Both the position numbers and the translations under genes were made by a program. The notes under the pieces are model-generated. The model saw nothing but the letters and a program-made list of their open reading frames with translations, did no database searches and was not told the DNA's origin. A stretch of 39,450 nucleotides of DNA from positions 1-39,450 of the forward strand of contig JAUCBJ010006633.1 in NCBI GenBank assembly GCA_032718475.1. Direction: 5' to 3'. The DNA is from Nemertoderma westbladi (taxonomy: Eukaryota > Animalia > Xenacoelomorpha). Positions 1 through 9,334 of the stretch are shown piece after piece. Numbering within the stretch: the stretch's first letter is position 1; each line of letters starts with the position of its first letter.

Positions 1-885
1 TACTGCTTGTGATTAAAGTATAAAGCGTATTCTTTAGGAAATACTTTGTTACCAATCACGATCATACACACTATTATGCCGACAGTCAGTACATTTGATC
101 ACACATAAAGAGAGCAGTAATTGACTCACGTAGGGTCTGCTAAATAACATTGGATTCAATACACACCACATTAATATAAATCGCAATTGTTATGTATAGC
201 CGGTCTCTCTAACCTGTAGTGTTATCAAGAAAATTGGGAATTGGGTGATTTATCCGTATTATCCAAATAGCAATATTTCCATCAACAAATAGGTACAATT
301 AATAACTGACGGTAAAATAACAGTACAAGCAATATGATTAATGCAAAAGTATCAAGATTAGTTAATGAGTATGATTATCAAGTTAAATTAGTTCGGTAAC
401 AGTTTATACTTTCGATAATTCAAGCAGTTTACTATAGTTCTTACTAAAAGGCCGGTGTTTCTGGCTTAGACAGCAATAACAACAAAGTATCAAGAAAAAA
501 CAGTAAGACTGAACACTCTCCTTATGATCGACTAAAAAGCTACACGTCGACAGGAAAAATCGCTCTGATTGGCTCAAGCCAAACAAAGAACCTTGCATCT
601 AATGGCTGTTTCCATGTCAGCAACCAGCTGCTAGATGTCGTAATATGAATCATCACGGCTAAGCTGTGAAAGGTAGTTGGTGCATTGCAGGTTTTTTGCC
701 TTACCATGTCCACTAAAACACGTATATAGCAGAATTACTTTTATGTCCGTTAAAACACCTGTAAAGGTACCTTGCGGGCGAGGGGAATATATATACAGTC
801 CGAGAACCCTTTTAGAGTATTCCAGCGCCGGGGGGGGGAACTGGCCAGCAAAGGCAAACGTATCAGTTATCCCACAAAAGCTTTT

Positions 886-2519
886 ACAAACCTGTTAGCA
901 GTGTCGCACAAACCTGTTAGCAGTGTCGCACAAACCTGTTAGCAATGTCGCACAAACCTGTTAGCAGTGTCGCATAAACCTGTTAGCAGTGTCGCACAAA
1001 CCTGTTAGCAATGTCGCACAAACCTGTTAGCAGTGTCACACAAACCTGTTAGCAGTGTCGCACAAACCTGTTAGCAGTGTCACACAAACCTGTTAGCAGT
1101 GTCGCACAAACCTTTTAGCAGTGTCGCACAAACCTGTTAGCAGTGTCACACAAACCTGTTAGTAGGGTCGCACAAACCTGTTAGCAGTGTCGCACAAACC
1201 TGTCAGCAGTGTCGCACAAACCTGTTAGCAGTGTCACACAAACCTGTTAGTAGGGTCGCACAAACCTGTTAGCAGTGTCGCACAAACCTGTTAGCAGTGT
1301 CGCATAAACCTGTTAGCAGTGTCGCACAAACCTGTTAGCAATGTCGCACAAACCTGTTAGCAGTGTCACACAAACCTGTTAGCAGTGTCGCACAAACCTT
1401 TTAGCAGTGTCGCACAAACCTGTTAGCAGTGTCACACAAACCTGTTAGTAGGGTCGCACAAACCTGTTAGCAGTGTCGCACAAACCTGTCAGCAGTGTCG
1501 CCACAAACGTGTTAGCAGTGTCGCACAAACCTGTTAGCAGTGTCGCTCAAACCTGTTACCAGGGTCGCACAAACCTGTTAGCAGTGTCACACGAACCTGT
1601 TAGCAGTGTCGCACAAACCTGTTAGCTGTGTCGCACAAACCTGTTAGCAGTGTCGCACAAACCTGTTAGCAGTGTCACACAAACCTGTTAGTAGGGTCGC
1701 ACAAACCTGTTAGCAGTGTCGCACAAACCTGTCAGCAGTGTCGCCACAAACGTGTTAGCAGTGTCGCACAAACCTGTTAGCAGTGTCGCTCAAACCTGTT
1801 ACCAGGGTCGCACAAACCTGTTAGCAGTGTCACACGAACCTGTTAGCAGTGTCGCACAAACCTGTTAGCTGTGTCGCACAAACCTGTTAGCAGTGTCGCA
1901 CAAACCTGTTAGCAGTGTCACACAAACCTGTTAGTAGGGTCGCACAAACCTGTTAGTGTGTCGCACAAACCTGTTAGCAGTGTCGCACAAACCTGTTAGC
2001 AGTGTCGCACAAACCTGTTAGCAGTGTCACACAAACCTGTTAGTAGGGTCGCACAAACCTGTTAGCAGTGTCGCACAAACCTGTCAGCAGTGTCGCCACA
2101 AACGTGTTAGCAGTGTCGCACAAACCTGTTAGCAGTGTCGCTCAAACCTGTTACCAGGGTCGCACAAACCTGTTAGCAGTGTCACACGAACCTGTTAGCA
2201 GTGTCGCACAAACCTGTTAGCTGTGTCGCACAAAACTGTGTCGCACAAACCTGTTAGCAGGGTCGCACAAACCTGTTAGCAGGGTCGCACAAACCTGTTA
2301 GCAGTATCGCACAAACCGGTTAGCAGTGTCGCACAAACCTGTTAGCAGTGTCGCACAAACCTGTAGGCAGTGTCGCACAAACCTGTTAGCAGTGTCGCAC
2401 AAACCTGTTAGCAGTGTCGCACAAACCTGTTAGCAGTGTCGCACAAACCTGTTAGCAGTGTCGCACAAACCTGTTAGCAGTGTCGCACAGACCTATTAGC
2501 AGTGTCGCACAAACCTGTT
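886..2519. repeat. 22-bp tandem satellite, left arm (unit ACAAACCTGTTAGCAGTGTCGC, ~74 copies)
   Basis: Head-to-tail 22-bp units read directly, with recurrent variant units and no unique spacers. Confidence 0.98.
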
Positions 2520-4717
2520 TATTGTTTATTGTTTATTGAAATGGTTTTAGGTATTCATTAGAAGTGAAGATCAGCTCTACCACGGAGAACTCAACGAGCG
2601 CACCAAATAAAATATACAATACAATAAAATACATATTATACTTAAAAAATGTTAATTTGATTGATTGTAATTCTGTTTAAAGAGAAATATCGGATAAAAA
2701 ACAAGGTTGATTGAAATTGTTTTAATTACAATTCAATCTTAAAAGAGAGTTCGACTGGACGCTCATGCAGGCTGTGTAACCCCGGCAGCCCGGTTGGTCT
2801 GGAATGTCGCTCAGATATGTATCTAATTTTAGTTTAAATATTTCCAGACTGCAGCCAGTCAGGTCTCGTATTTCCTTTGGCAAGGAGTTAAATAGTTGCG
2901 GTCCAGTCACCACCAAGCTATTCTCGTGCAGATTGTGGACGTTTGATCTGCAATTTCGTAGTAAGGTTGGAATCTGGCAATTTCTACCCCGCCGCAAACT
3001 AGATTTCAGGGTGATTGGTTTGTTTGATAAATTGGGAACGAGGTTTTCCAATATCTTCCATATGTAAATGACGATGTAGCGTTCCCTGCGCCGTTCCAGC
3101 GAGTTTAACTTTAATTGCTTAAGGCGTTCCCAGTAGTTAAGCTCGTTCATTCCTTGGATTCTCCTCGTGAACGATCGTTGTACTTCTTCTATTCTTTGAG
3201 TCTCGTGTATGTTATTGTTCGGATGCCACAGCTGACAACAGTACTCGAGTTTAGATCGTACTAAAGATGTGAACAGTGTTTTCATTGTTAACGGGTCGCG
3301 TATTGTGAAAACACGTAGAATCCAGCCACATAGTTGCTTAGCATCTCGACATGTGCTTTCAATGTGGATCTTGAAATTGCCAGTATGGCTCATGTTGATT
3401 CCAAGGTCCTTTACATCTTCCTTGACTATTATACTTTCATTACCCCCAGTGTCTCTGTTTATAAACGTATAGTTTCCACCCCGGTCCAGGCTGGGGTTCT
3501 GTGTTGGTGTATAGCACAGGCACTCGAATTTATCACCATGCAGTTCCATGCCATTGTTATCGGCCCAGTCGTATATCGTGGCAAGGTCTTCTTGGATTTT
3601 ATTATCCGTGGTTGATGATGTAACTGGACCCGACACCCTGGTATCATCAGCAAAGGAAGTTATTTTATTTGTTGTATTATGGTCGATGTCATTCATCAGA
3701 ATGATAAAAAGGAGAGGTCCTAGCACCGAACCTTGAATAACTCCACTTATAATGTCTTTCCAGGTTGAGCTCGCTCCGTTCAGAACTACTCGTTGCTTCC
3801 TGTTTGAGAGAAAGTTCCACAACCAGCACCCGAGCTGCCCACCAATTCCGATGGCCCGGATCTTTCGCATAAGTGAACCATGATCCACTTTGTCAAATGC
3901 TTTGGAGAAATCCAAATAGACTACATCAATACCATCTCCTTTTGATAAGTGATCGATGATATTCGCGTAATGGTCAATGAGCTCAGAGAGGCATGAGCGA
4001 CCTCTCCGGAAGCCATGCTGTCCTTTGTTTAATAGGTTGTTGGATTCTAGGTAGTCTACAAGTGAATCTCGGACAATTCTTTCTAATATTTTGGATATGT
4101 GGGAAGTCAAAGATACCGGCCGGTAGTTGCGCGCATCTGATCGAAGGCCCTTCTTGAATATCGGCGTTATTTCGCACAATTTCAAAGATGTTGGTAGGGC
4201 CCCGGATGACAAGGATTTATCAAAGATGACGAAGAGTGGTTTGAGAAGTTCTTCTTTGCATTTCTTTAATAAAAGTGATGGGACTCCATCAGAGCCAGCA
4301 GCGGAGTTTGATCGTAGTTCATCAATCGCTTTCCCGATGAGATTCGTTGTCAGTTTGATTTGACCGAGACGCACATCACCATCTGTTGTGAGTATCGGGT
4401 CTGGAACAACTGGATCCGCCACTGGAGTCGAAAACATAGAGACATATTGATTCTGTAGTGCCTCACACATTCCTTTATTGTCAGAGACTAATTCGCCATT
4501 CACAATTAGTGGTCCAACACCAACTCTGTCTTTGCGCTTTCGGTTGGCATATGAGAAGAAGTATTTGGGGTTCGACTTAATTTTAGATACGGCATCTTTT
4601 TCCTCCAACCTCCTTTCATCATCGCGCGTTTGATAGAGGTCTATTTCGATTTGCTTGATTTCTGCCTCCAACTTATTAAGATTGGTTCGAGAGGTTGTGT
4701 TTGATATTCGTTGTTTG
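2516..4717 (-). mobile_element. 5'-truncated CR1-like LINE (non-LTR retrotransposon) inserted in the 22-bp satellite
   Basis: RT ORF plus ~180-bp 3' UTR. The 3' tail reads (TGTTTAT)3 on + at 2516-2536, i.e. (CAATAAA)n on the element strand. The frame stays open up to the satellite junction at 4717 (..KQRISNTTSRTNLNKLEAE..), so the element is truncated. ACCTGTT occurs on both sides (2513-2519, 4718-4724). Confidence 0.93.
2722..4671 (-). CDS. Reverse transcriptase region of LINE ORF2 (endonuclease domain missing; no true start codon)
   Basis: Motifs NYRPVSLTS, QHGFRRGRSC, YLDFSKAFDKV, SGVIQGSVLGP and FADD, plus a CR1-type C-terminus (LEYCCQLWHP, YWERLKQLKLNSLERRRER). No internal stops over 649 codons. 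Confidence 0.93.
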   Translation of the reverse strand: MEAEIKQIEIDLYQTRDDERRLEEKDAVSKIKSNPKYFFSYANRKRKDRVGVGPLIVNGELVSDNKGMCEALQNQYVSMFSTPVADPVVPDPILTTDGDVRLGQIKLTTNLIGKAIDELRSNSAAGSDGVPSLLLKKCKEELLKPLFVIFDKSLSSGALPTSLKLCEITPIFKKGLRSDARNYRPVSLTSHISKILERIVRDSLVDYLESNNLLNKGQHGFRRGRSCLSELIDHYANIIDHLSKGDGIDVVYLDFSKAFDKVDHGSLMRKIRAIGIGGQLGCWLWNFLSNRKQRVVLNGASSTWKDIISGVIQGSVLGPLLFIILMNDIDHNTTNKITSFADDTRVSGPVTSSTTDNKIQEDLATIYDWADNNGMELHGDKFECLCYTPTQNPSLDRGGNYTFINRDTGGNESIIVKEDVKDLGINMSHTGNFKIHIESTCRDAKQLCGWILRVFTIRDPLTMKTLFTSLVRSKLEYCCQLWHPNNNIHETQRIEEVQRSFTRRIQGMNELNYWERLKQLKLNSLERRRERYIVIYIWKILENLVPNLSNKPITLKSSLRRGRNCQIPTLLRNCRSNVHNLHENSLVVTGPQLFNSLPKEIRDLTGCSLEIFKLKLDTYLSDIPDQPGCRGYTACMSVQSNSLLRLNCN

Positions 4718-6042
4718 ACCTGTTAGCAGTGTCGCACAAACCTGTTAGCAGGGTCGCACAAACCTGTTAGCAGTGTCGTACAAACCTGTTAGCAGTGTCG
4801 CACAAACCTGTTAGCAGTGTCGCACAAACCTGTTAGCAGGGTCGCACAAACCTGTTAGCAGTGTCGCACAAACCTGTTAGCAGGGTCGCACAAACCTGTT
4901 AGCATGGTCACACAAACCTGTTAGCAGGGTTGCACAAACCTGTTAGCAGTGTCGCACAAACTTGTTAGCAGTGTCGCACAAACCTGTTAGCAGTGTCGCA
5001 CAAACCTGTTAGCAGGGTCGCACAAACCTGTTAGCCGGGTCGCACAAACCCTTTTAGCAGTGTCGCACAAACCTGTTAGCAGTGTCGCACAAACCTGTTA
5101 GCAGTGTCGTACAAACCTGTTAGCAGTGTCGCACAAACCTGTTAGCAGTGTCGCACAAACCTGTTAGCAGTGTCGCACAAACCTGTTAGCAGTGTCGCAA
5201 AACCTGTTAGCAGTGTCGCACAAACCTGTTAGCAGGGTCGCACAAACATGTTAGCAGTGTCGCACAAACCTGTTAGCAGTGTCGCATAAACCTGTTAGCA
5301 GTGTCGCACAAACCTGTTAGCAGGGTCGCACAAACCTGTTAGCAGTGTCGCACAAACCTGTTAGCAGTGTCGCACAAACCTGTTAGCAGGGTCGCACAAA
5401 CCTGTTAGCATGGTCACACAAACCTGTTAGCAGGGTCGCACAAACCTGTTAGCAGTGTCGCACAAACCTGTTAGCAGTGTCGCACAAACCTGTTAGCAGT
5501 GTCGCACAAACCTGTTAGCAGGGTCGCACAAACCTGTTAGCAGGGTCGCACAAACCTGTTAGCAGTGTCGCACAAACCTGTTAGCAGTGTCGCACAAACC
5601 TGTTAGCAGTGTCGCACAAACCTGTTATCAGTGTCGCACAAACCTGTTAGCAGGGTCGCACAAACCTGTTAGCAGTGTCACAAGGGTCGCACAAACCTGT
5701 TAGCAGTGTCACAAGGGTCGCACAAACCTGTTAGCAGTGTCGCACAAACCTGTTAGCAGGGTCGCACAAACCTGTTAGCAGTGTCGCACAAACCTGTTAG
5801 CAGGGTCGCACAAACCTGTTAGCAGTGTCGCACAAACCTGTTAGCAGGGTCGCACAAACCTGTTAGCAGTGTCGCACAAACCTGTTAGCAGTGTCGCACA
5901 AACCTGTTAGCAGGGTCGCACAAACCTGTTAGCAGTGTCGCACAAACCTGTTAGCAGTGTCGCACAAACCTGTTAGCAGTGTCTCACAAACCTGTTAGCA
6001 GTGTCGCACAAACCTGTTAGCAGTGTCGCACAAACGTGTTAG
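4718..6042. repeat. 22-bp tandem satellite, right arm (~60 copies)
   Basis: Same unit as 886-2519, resuming at ACCTGTTAGC immediately after the LINE. Confidence 0.98.
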
Positions 6043-7322
6043 TAATTTATAGAATCGCTTGCGGACATTATCAGAATCAAACTTTTGTTAGAATCATGAA
6101 AAAATTTGCCACTTTCGCCGTTCGCACGCACCGCACAGCTGCTGTAACCTCGAATTTTTGTTCGGGAGTTCGGCACAATGTAGGCAGCTAGCCCTGTTCT
6201 CTGTATTATTGTTGGTTGCCTAGTTCCTGCTCTATAAACATGCATGTGTAGTGAAGGTGAGTTCCATTAATCTGCTACAACGGCAGCGCACTTTGTGTTG
6301 CGATTAGTATTCAATGTGTTCTTGGTGAGGTCAGAAAAAACCAGGTGGTATCATCCAAACCAGAGTGAACCAAAAGCGATATCTACATTGCTATTGGATA
6401 TTTCTCCGGCACTTATCCACCAATAACAGATTTGCAGTTTACCCCCCTTATAATAATAAATTCGTTCTTATATTGAACTTGCTTGTCTCTAGCTTCCATC
6501 ATAAGCTACTCCGGTCTTCCCACTTAACTTAGCATCGTTGTTATTAGAAAGTACGTACCGTAACTAATTTAGGAACACATTAGTTCTGCAGTCACTCACC
6601 AATAAGTTGTATAGGTAGTTACTTATTTAGCCAAACTATACATTACCAAATACTATCGATTTGTTGCCAGTCTGTCACACACAACCCATCATTCCTACCT
6701 TCCCGTATTAGTTAGGCCTACCTACACTAAGTAAGTTCCCCGCGTTTATTGACACCAATTGTAATTGTGGCAAGATGTGGTTAATATTTTTGGCTTAGTC
6801 AGATATAGCCATGATATCATCTATTTATTATGCCATACATTGTTGCGCTCAATCGCTCAATGTATTATTTTATTATTTTCGTTTCTTTTTGACACATTTC
6901 CGTCTGTTAATTTATATTTTATCACTGGACCTTTCTGGCCATAATTTATGTGTCTGTATTTATTATTACTACATTCTAGTTTATGTCCGACACATAAAGT
7001 GAAGTTCAATGTAATAAGAATACAATATAAAGTTTACGCAACTTATGTAGTTTAATGTGATACAAATAGTTTAAGCGATTATGGCCGCCTACATGCTTCT
7101 ATACCGGTACAACAGCAGTACAGGATTATGTCATGTCTGACCCAGTGACCAACTGAGGCTAACCAAAGTAATTACCAAATAAATATACATACATGGGTGG
7201 GGTGGGTAGCATGACATAATATTATAGACAAACATAGGTTTCACTTAGGTAGGAAGCTGTGTAAGATAAGACTATATATATTACTATATATATCACTACT
7301 ATAGATATTACTGGAATACAGT

Positions 7323-7370
7323 AGGCATTCTTAAAAATGCAGCTGCAATGCAGCATGCCGATACTAGTAG
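7323..7370 (+). mobile_element. 48-bp extreme 5'-truncated RTE-type LINE 3' end
   Basis: Shares AATGCAGCTGCAATGCAGCATGCCGAT and a TAGTAG tail with the 3' end of 7466-7937. Flanked by the 14-bp direct repeat TACTGGAATACAGT (7309-7322, 7371-7384). Confidence 0.85.
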
Positions 7371-7465
7371 TACTGGAATACAGTGTCGTAATTTAGAAAC
7401 ACCCCACGCCCCCCACCCCTTAAATTTTTCTACAAATCTCAATGAGATTGCATGAAATTTGGTAC

Positions 7466-7937
7466 TCCTCTATGGGAGTCCATGCTGGAGCTGGGCTCTA
7501 ACTGCTGAGGACACCAAATTTCTGGATGGCACATTCACAAGAATGCTACGCCGGGTTCACTGTGTCAAGTACAATGTACACATCTCCAACCAGACACTAT
7601 ATAACATTGGAGGTGTCTCATTGGTTCCCCCAAGCTTGACACTAGAACAAAGCCGCCTCCGCTTTGCAGGACATTGCTTTCGCCGTGAGGACCAGCCAGT
7701 GCATAGTTTTATTCTTTGGCGGCCTTATGGAGTGAATAAGAATGGTGGGCAGCCCATGCCTTTCTTGAGACTCATCTTAAAGGACACTGGCCTTTAAGAT
7801 GCAGATGATCTAGCAAATGTACATGTTTGACTGTTTGAGAGGGCGTTATGGCGGCTCAGCCGGCACAGCCTTCTTAATATATATATATAATATATATATA
7901 TAATGCAGCTGCAATGCAGCATGCCGATCGTAGTAGT
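7466..7937 (+). mobile_element. 5'-truncated RTE/RTEX-type LINE fragment (C-terminus of ORF2, 3' UTR and (TAG)n tail)
   Basis: Translation LLYG..W...LDGTFTRMLRR...HISNQTLY...RLRFAGHCFR...ILWRP...DTGL matches the typical RTE-group C-terminus. Flanked by the 14-bp direct repeat ATGAAATTTGGTAC (7452-7465, 7938-7951). Confidence 0.88.
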
Positions 7938-8964
7938 ATGAAATTTGGTACAGAGATAGTTTCCTTCGTGGGCGAGCCAGAATTTTTATTTTCGCTTTCA
8001 AGCTTTAGCTACATGCGTTTAAAAAAGTGTCTCCAGTCGTACACCAGTCGTACTGCAGTTATTCTTCTTTCAACCTTATAGCAATTTTTGGTAGCAATGG
8101 AAAGCCAATCAGTAGCCAACACCCGAACCAGCTCAACTAACTTATTTTACTGCATAATAAGTAACATTTTATTACTGTAATATGTCCTTTTATTTGTTTA
8201 TTTATTTTAACATCTATTTACCCCAACAGGGTGTATATTTTCTTCTTATTATTATTATAGCATATAGGCATTGCATTGTTGCCCAGCTACTTATTAGGTA
8301 AACAAAATGTTCCAGAACATTGTGTATATGCAAACAACTACATGCAAAATTGGAATGCCCATAACTCAGCTATTTCCCGACCAAATTCAAAATAGTTTTA
8401 CTGATATATACCAAACAGGATAGAGCCGATCCTTTTATTAATTTTAAAAGCACGAGAGCACACATTGTTATAGATGCCATGGAGTGGCTCATATATTTTA
8501 ACGATTATTACTGTAATAAGTTCGGTGAGTTTGCTGTGAGACTCATACTGCAATACTGCATTCTACGTAATTTACGGGCAACTAATCCAATTAATTCGAT
8601 AACAGAAAAGCCGCAAATCTCTAAAATCTACACTAGAAAGTCAAAAAGAAATTCGAAACAATTAGCGTTTCGTTTGTTACATATTAACACCATAAACGAA
8701 GCGCTATCTATATACGACAAGGAGTGTGAGTGTGCATGTGCTGGCGATGTGCGCGATCGTAATATTTCCCCTTTCATAGAATTAATTGCACTTTAAGATA
8801 TTTTATACACTAGGCCCTATATCTGTATGTCTGACCCTCATCACCTTATTATATTAGTAATACATACTCGTTAAAACACATGAGCCAATTTATTTAATTT
8901 ACAATGTGTGCTCTCGTGCTTTCAAAATTAATAAGAGCTAAGAGCGAGTAGTGTTTCATACTAA

Positions 8965-8999
8965 TATATATAGTATAGCCGTACTGTCTGAACTCAGTC
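8965..8999 (+). promoter_or_regulatory. Candidate TATA + Inr core promoter for the GPCR
   Basis: TATATATA at 8965-8972 begins 31 nt upstream of the A of TCAGTC (8994-8999), which matches the TCAGTY initiator. It lies ~340 bp upstream of the GPCR ATG. Could be chance in AT-rich DNA. Confidence 0.3.
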
Positions 9000-9334
9000 A
9001 ATGCCATCTCATCTCCAAGCTCTATCTAATGTCCTACTGTATTGATTTATTTGTCAGTTATCTATGTCATCATTTGTCAGTTTGTTTTATAATATAACGT
9101 TTCTAAAGTAATGTTTCTATTAATTATCGTTAGATAACATGATGACGTCGCATGTTGGGTGTTACTAAATATTTCTGGCCTAGATTGTGGTAGATTATAA
9201 CATCAACTGTTGATTTAACATTATGATAATAATTATCCTTGTGTAATATATAATTGGGGCATTCATTCATTTTGGTGTCTACATTATAGAACATTTACCT
9301 CTACAAACTGTTTCCAAACAATTTCTTACTTATT

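Noticed and set aside
2804-4363. Short ORFs overlapping the CR1 RT
   Set aside because: Shadow or alternative-frame ORFs of a real coding region, with no recognisable motifs.
886-6042. CRISPR-like or retron-like system (short repeats flanking an RT)
   Set aside because: Repeats are head-to-tail without spacers, the RT is a eukaryotic non-LTR type, there are no cas genes, and the window contains spliceosomal introns.
6376-6451. IGYF-containing stretch as a possible upstream ERp44 exon
   Set aside because: Bounded by in-frame stops, no further ERp44 similarity and no good splice sites.
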